This document shows, one piece after another, positions 28,189 through 40,104 of a stretch of DNA of 46,479 nucleotides. Numbering within the stretch: position 1 is the stretch's first letter; the number at the start of each line of letters is the position of its first letter. The DNA lies in assembly GCA_019639095.1 (NCBI GenBank), contig JAHBSN010000001.1, positions 1 through 46,479 on the forward strand. The letters are read 5' to 3'. Both the position numbers and the translations under genes were made by a program. This stretch comes from Actinomycetota bacterium. GTDB lineage: Bacteria > Actinomycetota > Acidimicrobiia > Acidimicrobiales > Iamiaceae. The notes below the pieces were generated by a model. It saw nothing but the letters and a program-made list of their open reading frames with translations. It was not told where the DNA came from and searched no databases.

Positions 28189-29538
28189 ATGAGCACCGCC
28201 GACCCCCGCTCCACCCCCGCCTACGTGAACGACCGGGCCCACGTCTTCCACTCGTGGTCCGCCCAGCGCCTGCTCGACCCCCTCGTGATCGCCGGCGGCG
28301 AGGGCGCGTGGGTGTGGGACGAGGGCGGCAACCGCTACCTCGACTTCTCGAGCCAGCTGATGAACGTCAACATCGGCCACCAGCACCCCAAGCTCGTGGA
28401 AGCCATCAAGGCCCAGGCCGACGAGCTCTGCACCATCGCCCCGTTCCACGCCAACGCGGCGCGCAGTGAGGCGGCCCGGTTGATCGCCGACCTCGCCCCG
28501 GGCGACCTCGACATGGTCTTCTTCACCAACGGCGGCGCCGAGGCCAACGAGAACGCGGTGCGCATGGCCCGCCTCCACACCGGCCGCCACAAGGTGCTCG
28601 CCACCTACCGCAGCTACCACGGCGCCACCGCCGGCTCGATCACGCTCACCGGCGACCCGCGGCGCTGGCCGAGCGAGCCGGGGATGCCGGGCGTGGTGCA
28701 CTTCTGGGGCCCCTACCCCTACCGCTCGGCGTTCAACGCCACCACCGAGGCCGAGGAGACCGACCGGGCGCTGGCCCACCTGGCCGACACGATCATGGTG
28801 GAGGGTCCGGCCACGATCGCGGCGATCATCCTCGAGCCGGTGGTGGGCACCAACGGCATCCTCGTGCCGCCGCCCGGCTACCTCGCCGGTGTCCGGGCCC
28901 TCTGCGACGAGCACGGCATCGTGTTCATCGCCGACGAGGTGATGGCCGGATTCGGCCGCTGCGGCGAGTGGTTCTCGATCGACCACTGGGACGTCACGCC
29001 CGACCTCATCTGCTTCGCCAAGGGCGTCAACAGCGGCTACGTGCCGCTCGGCGGGGTGATCATCAGCCAGCGCATCGCCGACACCTTCGCCGAGCGCCCC
29101 TACCCCGGCGGCCTCACCTACTCCGGCCACCCGCTCGCGTGCGCGTCGGCGGCCGCCAGCATCGAGATCTTCAAGGAGGAGGGGCTCGTGGAGCGGGCGG
29201 CGGCCATGGGCACCGACGTGATCGGGCCGGTGCTGGCCGACCTCGCCGAGCGCCACCCGAGCGTGGGCGAGGTGCGCGGGCTCGGCATGTTCTGGGCCAT
29301 CGAGCTGGTGAAGGACAAGGCCACGCGCGAGCAGCTCGTGCCCTTCGGCGCCGCCGGCGCCGCCGCCGGGCCGGTCACCGAGGTGGTGGCGGCGGCGAAG
29401 AAGCAGGGCGTGCTCGTCTTCTCGCACTTCAACCGGATCCACATCGTGCCGCCGCTGGTGACCTCCGAAGACGACCTGCGGGCCGGCATCGGCATCGTCG
29501 ACGACGCCCTCGCCCTGGCCGACGCCCACACCGCGTAG
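28189..29538 (+). CDS. Class III PLP aminotransferase (beta-alanine/taurine omega-aminotransferase-like)
   Basis: YLDFSSQL, FTNGGAEANE, SYHG, IADEVMAGFGRCG, FAKG (PLP Lys) and GLTYSGHP. Confidence 0.92.
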   Translation: MSTADPRSTPAYVNDRAHVFHSWSAQRLLDPLVIAGGEGAWVWDEGGNRYLDFSSQLMNVNIGHQHPKLVEAIKAQADELCTIAPFHANAARSEAARLIADLAPGDLDMVFFTNGGAEANENAVRMARLHTGRHKVLATYRSYHGATAGSITLTGDPRRWPSEPGMPGVVHFWGPYPYRSAFNATTEAEETDRALAHLADTIMVEGPATIAAIILEPVVGTNGILVPPPGYLAGVRALCDEHGIVFIADEVMAGFGRCGEWFSIDHWDVTPDLICFAKGVNSGYVPLGGVIISQRIADTFAERPYPGGLTYSGHPLACASAAASIEIFKEEGLVERAAAMGTDVIGPVLADLAERHPSVGEVRGLGMFWAIELVKDKATREQLVPFGAAGAAAGPVTEVVAAAKKQGVLVFSHFNRIHIVPPLVTSEDDLRAGIGIVDDALALADAHTA

Positions 29539-29559
29539 CGGGCGGCTGCGTCCGGCTGG

Positions 29560-31641
29560 TCAGCCCGACAGCACCCCGGCATCGGTGAGGACCCGGTCGA
29601 GGTCGTCGGCCAGCGTGGCCGCGAACCCGGTGGTGAGGTGGTTCGAGTCGTACAGCACGACCTTCCCGTCGACCACGGGGTCGCAGCGCGGCAGGTCGGG
29701 GCACACGAGGCGATCCAGGTCGAGGCTCCACACGCCGTCGTCGGCGGCGGCGAGCTGGCGGAACAGCTGCTCCTGGGTGCCGGGCTCGACCCGACCACTG
29801 AAGGTGCACTCGTCCTCGTAGGTGGCCGCCGACAGGCAGTTGATCGGCGAGAAGTCGTCGGGCGCCACGGGGATCGGCTCGAGGATCACCACCTTGCGAC
29901 CGTCCCGGCGCAGCGCGGCGACGGCGGCCCGGGTGCGTTCGGCCACCAGCCGCTCCTGCTGGCGCGGGAGCACGACGGGCCCCTCATCGGCGTCCACCAG
30001 GCCGAGCGGGTTGCCCGGGTCGTCGATCGGGCGGTGGGCCAGGACCACGATGTCGGGATCGAAGGCCTCGATGCGGCGGTCGTAGAGGGCGTCCTGGTCG
30101 GCGAAGCAGGTCTCCCCGAAGAGGTTGTAGCGAAGGCCGCGCTCCCAGGGGCAGAACGGCAGGTAGGCCGACGCCAGGGTGAGGTCGTGGCGCTCGGCCA
30201 CCGGGATGAGCGCCGGTGCCCACATGCCGGCGTGGCTCTCCCCCACCAGCAGCACCCGGGGACCGGTGCCCTCCACGAGGGTGCACACGTCGTCGGTGCC
30301 GAGGTCGCAGGGGAGCAGGTCGGGCTCCTGCTTCGCCGCCGCCTGCCAGTCCACCGTGACCGGCGTCCGGCCGGGCTCGGCGCGGTCGGCCGCCGATGCT
30401 GCTGGCGAGCGGGGCGCGCGATCGACGTCGAGCACCCACGGCACGACCGCCACGCCGACGAGCAGGCTGGTGGCGAGCCCGCCGGCGATCACGAGGGACC
30501 GCCGGCGATCGAGGGCCGGCGAACGGCGGATCGGCCGCTCCAGCACCGCGTAGCTGAGGGCGGCGAGGGCGGTGGCCACCGGGGCGGCCACCGCCAGCGT
30601 GGGGAGCGGGGCGAGGTCGTGCTGGCGCTGGATCACCACGATCACGATCCAGTGCCACAGGTACGTGCCGTAGGAGATGCGGCCCAGGTAGCTCGCCACC
30701 GGATGCGAGAGCAGGCGCCGCGCCGGCCCACCTCGAGCCGCCTCGAGCGCCACGATGAGCCCGGCGGTGGCCGCGGCGGCCAGGGCGCCGCGCGTCACCG
30801 GGCCCACGTGCAGCGCGGTGGTGCCGAGGACCAGCAGCGCACCGGCGAGCAGCAGGCCCACGGCACCGAGGGCGGCCTCGGCGCGATCGGACCGGCGGAG
30901 CCGTTCCACGAGCGAGGGCACCAGTGCCAGCACCGCGCCGGCCAGCAGCTGGTAGGCGCGGGTGTCGGTGCCGAAGTACGCCCGGTCCGGGTGGTGGGCG
31001 GCGGTGACCAGCGCGAGCGCCAGCGAGGCGACGCCGAGGACCCCCACCAGCGCGGTGAGGGCGGCGCGCCGGTGGCGACCGGCCGCGCCGGCCACCAGCA
31101 CCAGCGCGCCGAGCAGGAGGGGCCACGCCAGGTAGAACTGCTCCTCCACCGAGAGCGACCAGTAGTGGGCCACCGGACTGGCGGCCACGTCGGTGCCGAA
31201 GTAGTCGGTGCTCTCCCGGATGAACCACCAGTTCGACACGTAGAGGGCGGCGGCGCGGATCGCCCCGGTGGCCTTGGCGAACTCGGCGGGCGCGGCGATG
31301 GCGCGGAACACCAGCGCCGTGACCACCAGGTTCACCCCCGCCGCCGGCAGGAGCCGGCGGATGCGCCGGCTGTAGAAGCGCCCGAGGCGGATGCGACCGC
31401 CCGCGTCGAGGTCGCGCAGCAGCAGGCTGGTGACGAGGTAGCCGGAGAGGACGAAGAACACGTCGACCCCGATGAAGCCGCCCGAGAGCCGGTCGGCCCC
31501 CGCGTGGAAGGCCACCACGAGGTACACGGCGAGGGCGCGGAGGCCGTCGAGGTAGGGGCGGTACGCCCACGCGACGGTCTGGCCCGGAGCCCCGCCGTCA
31601 GGGTCGGCCGGCGCCGACGGATCGATCGTGGTCGAGGCCAT
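29560..31641 (-). CDS. Acyltransferase-3 + SGNH fusion (OafA/OatA-like O-acetyltransferase)
   Basis: LDGLRALAV, GVDVFFVLSGY, RRIRRL, HYWSLSVEEQFY and ISYGTYLWHW. C-terminal GESHA...DSNHLT. Confidence 0.92.
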   Translation of the reverse strand: MASTTIDPSAPADPDGGAPGQTVAWAYRPYLDGLRALAVYLVVAFHAGADRLSGGFIGVDVFFVLSGYLVTSLLLRDLDAGGRIRLGRFYSRRIRRLLPAAGVNLVVTALVFRAIAAPAEFAKATGAIRAAALYVSNWWFIRESTDYFGTDVAASPVAHYWSLSVEEQFYLAWPLLLGALVLVAGAAGRHRRAALTALVGVLGVASLALALVTAAHHPDRAYFGTDTRAYQLLAGAVLALVPSLVERLRRSDRAEAALGAVGLLLAGALLVLGTTALHVGPVTRGALAAAATAGLIVALEAARGGPARRLLSHPVASYLGRISYGTYLWHWIVIVVIQRQHDLAPLPTLAVAAPVATALAALSYAVLERPIRRSPALDRRRSLVIAGGLATSLLVGVAVVPWVLDVDRAPRSPAASAADRAEPGRTPVTVDWQAAAKQEPDLLPCDLGTDDVCTLVEGTGPRVLLVGESHAGMWAPALIPVAERHDLTLASAYLPFCPWERGLRYNLFGETCFADQDALYDRRIEAFDPDIVVLAHRPIDDPGNPLGLVDADEGPVVLPRQQERLVAERTRAAVAALRRDGRKVVILEPIPVAPDDFSPINCLSAATYEDECTFSGRVEPGTQEQLFRQLAAADDGVWSLDLDRLVCPDLPRCDPVVDGKVVLYDSNHLTTGFAATLADDLDRVLTDAGVLSG

Positions 31642-31688
31642 GCCGGTGCGGGATGGTACCCGTACCGGACATGTCGGACGGGGCGGCT

Positions 31689-33173
<1,485 letters not shown>

Positions 33174-33249
33174 GGGCCGGAGCGTAGACCTGGCCCCCGC
33201 CGCCGGGCCGGGTCGACGAAGAGCGGTCGTCCCGCCGCCCGGCGACGGT

Positions 33250-35031
33250 TCAGGCCGACGCGAGCCCGCCCACCCAGGTGCGGTACAGCGAGGCGTAGCG
33301 GCCGCCCCGGGCCACCAGCTCGGCGTGGGTGCCCAGCTCCACCAGGCCGCCGTCGGCCACCACGCCCACGCGGTCGGCGCGCTCGGCGGTGGAGAGGCGG
33401 TGGGCGATCACGATCACCGATCGGCCGGCCATGAGCCGCTCGAGCGCGCGCTCGACGAGGACCTCGGTGCCGGGGTCGAGCGACGAGGTGGCCTCGTCGA
33501 GCACCAGGACCGCCGGGTCGGCCAGGGCGGCGCGCGCCAGCGACACGAGCTGGCGCTCGCCCGCCGAGAGGCGCGAGCCGCGCTCGTGCACCTCCGACGC
33601 CAGCCCCTCGGGCAGCGCCTCGAAGCGCTCGAGCAGGTCGAGCGAGGCGAGCGCGGCGCGCACCTCGGCGTCGGTGGCCTCGGGGCGGCCGATGCGGACG
33701 TTGTCGAGGATCGACCCGGCGAACAGGTAGCCCTCCTGGGGGACCACGGTGATCCGGGTGCGCAGGGAGCGGACCTCGGCGTCGCGCAGGTCGATGCCGG
33801 CGAAGCAGACCCGCCCCTCGGTGGGGTCGTAGAGCCGCGCCATGAGCTTGGCGAGCGTGGACTTGCCAGCGCCGGTGGGACCCACCAGGGCGAGCTTCTG
33901 GCCCTCCGGAAGGGCGAGGTCGACGTCGTGGAGCACGGGGTCGCCGCCGGCGTAGGCGAAGCCGAGGCCCTCCACCACGAGGTCGCCCCGCCCGGGCAGG
34001 GCCACGGCGTCGGGTCGCTCCACCAGGTCGACGGGCGTGTCGAGCAGCTCGAAGAGCTTCTTCAGCGCCGCGCCCGACGACTGGACCGTGTTGAAGAGCT
34101 GCGAGAGCTGGTTCATCGGCTCGAACAGGTTCGAGAGCGCCAGCACGAAGAACGCCACGGTGCCCACCTCGACGGTGCCGTCGGCCACGAGCCGACCGCC
34201 CTGCCAGACCACGATGGCGGTGCACACGAGGGCGGCGCCCTCGATGACCGGGAGGTACCACGCCTGCACGAACACCGAGCGCATGTGGGCGCGGTAGAGG
34301 CTGCGGTTGCGCCGGGCGAACCGGTCGATCTCCACCGACTCCCGGCCGTAGGCCTGGATCACCCGCACCCCGCTGATCCCCTCCTGCAGCGAGGAGAGGG
34401 TGAGGCCGATGCGGTCGCGCACGGTCAGGTAGGCGGCGTTGGAGTCCCGCTGGAACTTGATCGACGCCCAGACCACGAACGGCACCGGGAGCAGGCACCA
34501 CAGCAGGAGCTGCCACGACACGATCGCCAGGACCACGATCGACGCCACGATCAGGAGCAGGCTCGAGACCAGCTGCAGCAGGCCCTGCTGCACGAGCTCC
34601 TGGAGCGAGTCGACGTCGGAGGTCATGCGCGACACCACGACGCCGGCCTTCTCGCGGTCGTAGAAGGGCATCGACAGCCGGAGGAGGTGGTCGAACACGC
34701 GGGTGCGGAGGTCGCGCAGGAACCCCTCGCCGGCGAGGCTGACCAGCAGCACCTGGGCGCGGGTGGCGAGGTAGGCCACCACGGCGACCACGACGTAGGC
34801 GGCCACCGCCAGGTTCAGCACCGCCTCGTCGCCGGGCCGGATGCCCCGGTCGATCCCCACCTTCAACAGGTAGGGCCCGGCCAGCACCGCGCCGGTGGAG
34901 ACCACCACCAGCGCCACCGCCCGGCGCACCTCGCGCCGGTAGGGCGCCAGCATGGCCGCCGCCCGGCGCAGCACCCACTGCGCCTGGGCGCGGTCGAGGC
35001 GGTCCTCCTCGTCCACCGCCCCCATCGACAT
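33250..35031 (-). CDS. ABC exporter half-transporter (TMD+NBD), subunit 2
   Basis: VSRMTSDV, GPTGAGKST, LSAGERQ, LDEATSS and IAHRLST. TGATG overlap with the upstream gene. Confidence 0.92.
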   Translation of the reverse strand: MSMGAVDEEDRLDRAQAQWVLRRAAAMLAPYRREVRRAVALVVVSTGAVLAGPYLLKVGIDRGIRPGDEAVLNLAVAAYVVVAVVAYLATRAQVLLVSLAGEGFLRDLRTRVFDHLLRLSMPFYDREKAGVVVSRMTSDVDSLQELVQQGLLQLVSSLLLIVASIVVLAIVSWQLLLWCLLPVPFVVWASIKFQRDSNAAYLTVRDRIGLTLSSLQEGISGVRVIQAYGRESVEIDRFARRNRSLYRAHMRSVFVQAWYLPVIEGAALVCTAIVVWQGGRLVADGTVEVGTVAFFVLALSNLFEPMNQLSQLFNTVQSSGAALKKLFELLDTPVDLVERPDAVALPGRGDLVVEGLGFAYAGGDPVLHDVDLALPEGQKLALVGPTGAGKSTLAKLMARLYDPTEGRVCFAGIDLRDAEVRSLRTRITVVPQEGYLFAGSILDNVRIGRPEATDAEVRAALASLDLLERFEALPEGLASEVHERGSRLSAGERQLVSLARAALADPAVLVLDEATSSLDPGTEVLVERALERLMAGRSVIVIAHRLSTAERADRVGVVADGGLVELGTHAELVARGGRYASLYRTWVGGLASA

Positions 35032-36908
35032 CACGACGCCGTCTCCTCGGAGACCGCAGCCACCGGGTCGCCGTCGAGCGCGGCGTGGCGGGCCTGCTCC
35101 TCGCGTGCCGCGGCGGCGGCCAGCACCTCGCGGTAGGCCTCGCTCGCGGCGAGGAGCTCGGCGTGGGTCCCGTCGGCCACGATCCGCCCGCCGGCCACGA
35201 GCACCACCCGATCGGCGAGGGCGATGGTGGCGGGCCGATGGGCGATCACGATCGTGGTGCGGTTCGCCATCACCTGGGTGAGGGCGTCGCGGATCTCGTG
35301 CTCCTTGGTCGGGTCCACCGCCGAGGTGGCGTCGTCGAGGATGAGCACGCGCGGGTCGGCGAGGATGGCCCGGGCGATGGCGATCCGCTGGCGCTGGCCG
35401 CCCGAGAGCGAGAACCCCCGCTCGCCGATCTCGGTGTCGTAGCCGTGGGGCAGTTCGCCGATGAACTCGTGGGCGCCGGCGAGGCGCGCCGCCCGCACCA
35501 CCGAGTCGGGCGGGGCATCGGGATCGGCGAAGGCGATGTTGGCGGCGATCGTGTCCGAGAAGAGGAACGTCTCCTCGAACACCAGCCCCACGGCCCGGCG
35601 CAGCTCGGTGAGCTCGAGGCCGCGCACGTCGATCCCGTCGAGCAGCACGCTCCCGTCGTCGACGTCGTAGAAGCGCGGCAGGAGCTTGGCCACGGTGGAC
35701 TTGCCGCTGGCGGTGGCCCCCACCAGGGCGATGGTCTGGCCCGCCGGCACGTGGAGGTCGAACCCGTCGAGCACCGGGGCCGACCCCGGGGCGTAGCCGA
35801 AGCGCACGCCCCGGAACCGGACCTCGCCGCCGCTGGCCGGCAGCGGCGTGGGGTTCGCCGGGTCGGTGACGGCTGGGTCGGTCACGAGGACCTCGTGCAC
35901 CCGCTGGGCCGAGGCCGCGGCGCGCTGGGCCATGGCCACGATCCAGCCGAGCATGCGCAGCGGCCAGACCAGGAGCACCACGTAGGCGTTGAACGCCACC
36001 AGCGAGCCGAGCGTCAGGTCGCCTCGGATCACCTGGTGGCCGCCGTAGGCGAGCACCATGATCAGCCCGACGTTGGGCAGCAGCTCGAGTGCGGGCCAGT
36101 AGGCGGACCGGATGCGGGCGCCGGCCATGGAGACCTCGTAGAGGTCGTCGGCCTCGGTGGCCAGGCGCCGGGCCTGGGTGTCCTCGGCGGCGAAGCCCTT
36201 GACGACGCGGATGCCGGCGACGGTCTCCTCCACCACGGCGGAGAGCTCGGCCGACTCCTGCTGGACGCCGACCATGGTCGGGTGGAGGGTGGTGGCGAAG
36301 CGCTTGGCCAGCACGTTGACCAGCGGCAGCGAGCCCAGGGCCAGGACGGTGAGCACCGGGTCGGTGAGCACCAGCACCACGAGCACGGCGAGGACCGTGG
36401 CCAGGTTGGCGATCGTGAGCGGCACCAGGACCACGGCGTTCTGGATCTGCTGCAGGTCGTTGTTGGCCCGGCTCATGAGCTGACCGGTCTGCTGGCCGTC
36501 GTGGTAGGCGAAGTGCAGGCGCTGCAGGTGGGCGAAGAGCCGGTCGCGCAGCACGGCCTCGGCCCGACGGGCCTCGCGGAACGCCGAGTAGCGACGCAGG
36601 CCGGTGAAGGCCGCCGCCACGAGCGCGGCCACGGCGATGAGCCCGGCGTAGCGCACCACCGCGTCCTGGTCCCCCTGCTCCATGCCGCGGTCGATCGCGA
36701 GCTGCACGAGCTTGGGCACGCTCACCTTGGCGGCGGTCCACGCCAGGCCGGCGACGACGCCGGCGACGATGCCCCACCGCTGGCCGAGCAGCTGGCGCCC
36801 GACCAGCGCCCATCCGTCGCGGACCGAGCTCGCCACCGGCTCGGAGCCGGGCTCGCGTGCGGGGTCTGGGCTGGTGATGGGACGCCTCCTGGCCGGCGGC
36901 GGAGACAT
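35031..36908 (-). CDS. ABC exporter half-transporter (TMD+NBD), subunit 1; start may be GTG 36836
   Basis: [27 protein letters not shown] and LDDATSAVD, with a non-canonical Walker B as usual in heterodimeric exporters. Confidence 0.92.
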   Translation of the reverse strand: MSPPPARRRPITSPDPAREPGSEPVASSVRDGWALVGRQLLGQRWGIVAGVVAGLAWTAAKVSVPKLVQLAIDRGMEQGDQDAVVRYAGLIAVAALVAAAFTGLRRYSAFREARRAEAVLRDRLFAHLQRLHFAYHDGQQTGQLMSRANNDLQQIQNAVVLVPLTIANLATVLAVLVVLVLTDPVLTVLALGSLPLVNVLAKRFATTLHPTMVGVQQESAELSAVVEETVAGIRVVKGFAAEDTQARRLATEADDLYEVSMAGARIRSAYWPALELLPNVGLIMVLAYGGHQVIRGDLTLGSLVAFNAYVVLLVWPLRMLGWIVAMAQRAAASAQRVHEVLVTDPAVTDPANPTPLPASGGEVRFRGVRFGYAPGSAPVLDGFDLHVPAGQTIALVGATASGKSTVAKLLPRFYDVDDGSVLLDGIDVRGLELTELRRAVGLVFEETFLFSDTIAANIAFADPDAPPDSVVRAARLAGAHEFIGELPHGYDTEIGERGFSLSGGQRQRIAIARAILADPRVLILDDATSAVDPTKEHEIRDALTQVMANRTTIVIAHRPATIALADRVVLVAGGRIVADGTHAELLAASEAYREVLAAAAAREEQARHAALDGDPVAAVSEETAS

Positions 36909-37003
36909 CGCGCGGTGCGGGTCCCCCTGGCTTGACCGCCTGGTCAGGGTACCGGTCGGCCCGGGCCCGGATGCAGCCGATTCCGCGGTCCTAGGCTGGC
37001 GGC

Positions 37004-37483
37004 GTGTCGAGCCTCGCCCCGCCGCCGGTCGTGCCGACCGCCGCCCGCGCCCACCGGCCGCCGTGGGTCCGCCCCGCCGCCACCGGGGCGGGCGTCGCCG
37101 CCGCCACCCTCGTCCTGGCGGTGGGCGATCCGAACACCACCCACGTGCCGCTGTGCCCGCTCCACGCCCTCACCGGTCTCGACTGCCCCTTCTGCGGGTC
37201 GCTGCGCGCCGTGCACGCCCTCGCCCACCTCGACGTGGCGAGCGCGGCGAGCCACAACCTGCTCTTCACGCTGGCCGCTCCGCTCCTCGTGGCCGGCTGG
37301 GTCGTGTGGATGGCAGCCTCGCTCGGCCATCCGGTGGGCGCCCGCCTCGGCTGGTCGCCACGCCGCGAGCCCGGGCCCCGGCCCCTGCCGCGGTCGGCCA
37401 CGTGGGCCTTCTGGTTGGTCGTCGTGGCGTTCGGCGTGGCGCGCAACCTGCCGGCGCTCGGCTGGCTCGCCAGCGGCGCCTGA
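37004..37483 (+). CDS. DUF2752-domain membrane protein
   Basis: CPLHALTGLDCPFCGSLRAVHAL...A..HN and FGVARNLP. TAGGCT lies 6 nt before the GTG. Confidence 0.88.
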   Translation: MSSLAPPPVVPTAARAHRPPWVRPAATGAGVAAATLVLAVGDPNTTHVPLCPLHALTGLDCPFCGSLRAVHALAHLDVASAASHNLLFTLAAPLLVAGWVVWMAASLGHPVGARLGWSPRREPGPRPLPRSATWAFWLVVVAFGVARNLPALGWLASGA

Positions 37484-37591
37484 CCCAACGCCGACGGCGC
37501 CGCGTGGGCCGGACGGCCCACGAGCCTGGGCCACCCGACCCAGGTGCGCCACGCAACGTGGCCCGATCACCTGGCTCCGTGGCAGTTTGTG

Positions 37592-37620
37592 CTCAACCCG
37601 GGCGCCGAGGACGCCGATGG
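37592..37620 (+). promoter_or_regulatory. Possible sigma28/FliA-WhiG-type promoter (CTCAAC-N15-GCCGATGG)
   Basis: Matches the CTCA-N15-17-GCCGA pattern I recall for actinobacterial FliA-family sigma factors, and lies 46 nt upstream of the TTG start. Confidence 0.45.
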
Positions 37621-37666
37621 AACCACTCGTAGGGGGCCGGTTTCCGTTGGCTCGAGAGGTGATCCG

Positions 37667-40093
37667 TTGCGACTCGAACAGGTGGTGCTGCACGGTCCAG
37701 GGGAGGACGACCGCGTCCGCTTCGCCGACGGTCTCACGGTGTTCGCGGGCCTGGGCGACCAGGAGCGCGTGGACCTGATCGACACGGTGGCCCTCGCCCT
37801 CACCAGCGGGCTGCCCAACGCGTCGGTGGTGTTCCACGACCACGCCGGGCGCCGCGTGTTCGCCGACCGCACCGGCGCCACCTACGCCGTGAGCGGCGCC
37901 GCCGCCCCAGGTCCCGAGCGCCTCCTCGGCCAGGACGCCGAGGCCATCGTCCGCCTCCTGGTGGTCACCGCCGAGGAGCTGGGTCTCGGCGCCGAGTCCA
38001 GCGCGGAGGAGATCCAGGCCCAGCTCGACGCCGCCCAGCTCGAGCTCGAGCGGGCCCGGTCCGAGCACGAGTCGCTGCGCGAGCAGACCGACCTCGTGGC
38101 CACCTGGCAGGAGGAGCTCGAGGTCCTCAACCGTCGCATCCTGCAGGCCCAGGACCACGCCGCCCGGTGGGCGTGGGTGCAGGCGAGCCAGCGCCTCGCC
38201 CAGCTGCGGGCCGAGCTGGCCGTGCTCGGCGAGGACGGCGCCGAGGACCAGGACCGCCTCGTGCTGGAGGCGGTCGACGCGCTCCGCACGCTCGGCGAGG
38301 CGTGGGCCGACGCCGCTGCCGCCGCCGCCGAGGTGCGGACCGCGATCCACGACGAGCTCGGCACCATCCCCGAGGTGGAGCCCGACCACCTCGCCCGCGT
38401 GGCCGCCACGCCCGACGGCCCCCCACGCGAGCTGGGCGAGGCGCTCGCGCTGTGGAAGGCCGCCGCCGAGCTGCGCGACGAGACCGCCGATGCGCTCGAG
38501 CGGGCCGATGCCGCGCCCCCCGAGGCCGACGACCCCCTCGTGGTGGCCTTCGCGCAGTGCGACCAGCGTCGGCTGTGGCTGGCCCACGCCCAGCTCGAGG
38601 CGGCCAACGCCACCTACGCGCAGACCACGGCCAGCACGTCGAGCGGCAGCCTCGACCCCGAGACCGAGGAGGCCATCGAGGCCGCCCACCGCGAGGTGGT
38701 GCGCCGCCAGCGCGACGTCGAGCGGCGGTTCCGCCCCGGCGCCCTCGGGAGCGGCTCGCTCGCGGTGACCGCGCTGCTCGCCGGCCAGGCCGTGTCGATC
38801 CTGGTCGGCATCGTGCTGCTGCTCGCCGCCGTGGGGCTCGGGGTGTGGTTGCTCGCGATCCCCCGCCGCAACCTCGCCCAGGCCGTGCTCCTCGAGGAGC
38901 TGGCCCTCACCCGGTCCGATGCCGGGTCGTGGCTCGGGCTGCACCTGCGCCGGGTGGATGCGTTCACCGACGCCGGGGAGCGGCGGCGCTTCGAGATGGC
39001 CGCCAACGCCCGCACCGCCGCCGAGGTCGATTGGAGCGACGTGGCCGGCACCCTGTCGCCCGAGGACCTCGCCTCCCGGGCCGAGGCGGTGCGGGCCTAC
39101 GTGCAGGCCACCGACCCGGACAGCATCGCCCGTCGTCGCGACGACCTCGAGACCGCCCTCGCCAACGCCACCCGCGCCGAGGCCCAGGCCCGCTCGACGC
39201 TGCTCGGCGACCTCGACCCGTACGGCATCGTGCCCGGGCACCTCGCCGGCCAGGACCTCCGCCGGCTGCCGGCCCTGGTGGACCAGCGGGTGGCCGCCGG
39301 CCGGGTGGCCCGGCGCCTCGTGGAGCTGGGCGAGCTGGAGCACAAGGAGGCCAAGGCCGCCGCACGGCTCGGCGAGCTGCTCGCGCACCTGGGCCACGCC
39401 GACGGTCCGCTCGAGGCCCGCCTGGGTCGGGTGATCGAGGCCATCGCCGAGGCCCGCAACCGCTCCGGGAGCGGCGAGCGACCGCGGGCCACCGTGCAGG
39501 CCGAGATCGCCGAGGTCGAGGCCTTCCTGGCCGCCGAGTGGCGCGAGGGCTGGGCCGACACGCCGCACCCGACCGCACCGCCGGCCGACCCCGACCTGCT
39601 CGACGCCCGACGCCGCGACATCAACGAGACCCTGAACGTGGCCGGTCGCCTCGACGTGGTGGGTGCCGAGCACCGCCACGAGCTGGCCAAGGCCGCGGTG
39701 GCGGACCTCGAGCGCCGGCTCGAGGAGCTGGCGTCGGGCCCGGGTTCGATCCAGCAGCGCCTGATCGCTCGGCTCAACCGGACGGTGGTGCTCGACGGGC
39801 AGGAGGACGTCCTGCCCGTGTTCCTCGACGACCCGCTCAACGCGGTGCCGGTGGCCGAGCGCATGGACCTGCTCGACCTGATCGTCCGCATCGCCGGGCA
39901 CGTCCAGGTGGTGTTCCTCACCGCGGATCCGGTGGTGGCCCGCTGGGCCCAGGACCGGTCCCGCACCGCCGACGTGGCCCTCTACGAGGCCCAGCGGGAT
40001 CCCGCCCCGGCCCGGGCGGAGAAGCACGTGGCCGCGCCGCTGTCGCCGGATCCGATCCCGGTCCCGAACCCGATCCTCGTCGAGATCTACTGA
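37667..40093 (+). CDS. Large coiled-coil Rad50/YhaN-like protein with degenerate ATPase motifs and a central TM hairpin
   Basis: TTG start after GAGAGGTGA. N-terminus RLEQVVLHG...VRFADGLTVFAG, long heptad-rich region, hydrophobic stretch near 38740-38860, C-terminal LPVFLDDPL...R..LL......QVVFLT. Confidence 0.72.
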   Translation: MRLEQVVLHGPGEDDRVRFADGLTVFAGLGDQERVDLIDTVALALTSGLPNASVVFHDHAGRRVFADRTGATYAVSGAAAPGPERLLGQDAEAIVRLLVVTAEELGLGAESSAEEIQAQLDAAQLELERARSEHESLREQTDLVATWQEELEVLNRRILQAQDHAARWAWVQASQRLAQLRAELAVLGEDGAEDQDRLVLEAVDALRTLGEAWADAAAAAAEVRTAIHDELGTIPEVEPDHLARVAATPDGPPRELGEALALWKAAAELRDETADALERADAAPPEADDPLVVAFAQCDQRRLWLAHAQLEAANATYAQTTASTSSGSLDPETEEAIEAAHREVVRRQRDVERRFRPGALGSGSLAVTALLAGQAVSILVGIVLLLAAVGLGVWLLAIPRRNLAQAVLLEELALTRSDAGSWLGLHLRRVDAFTDAGERRRFEMAANARTAAEVDWSDVAGTLSPEDLASRAEAVRAYVQATDPDSIARRRDDLETALANATRAEAQARSTLLGDLDPYGIVPGHLAGQDLRRLPALVDQRVAAGRVARRLVELGELEHKEAKAAARLGELLAHLGHADGPLEARLGRVIEAIAEARNRSGSGERPRATVQAEIAEVEAFLAAEWREGWADTPHPTAPPADPDLLDARRRDINETLNVAGRLDVVGAEHRHELAKAAVADLERRLEELASGPGSIQQRLIARLNRTVVLDGQEDVLPVFLDDPLNAVPVAERMDLLDLIVRIAGHVQVVFLTADPVVARWAQDRSRTADVALYEAQRDPAPARAEKHVAAPLSPDPIPVPNPILVEIY

Positions 40094-40104
40094 TCGCTCG
40101 CGGC

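Noticed and set aside
37667-40093. Wadjet, Lamassu or SbcCD defence system
   Set aside because: No partner genes (kleisin, effector or nuclease) are adjacent and the ATPase motifs are degenerate.
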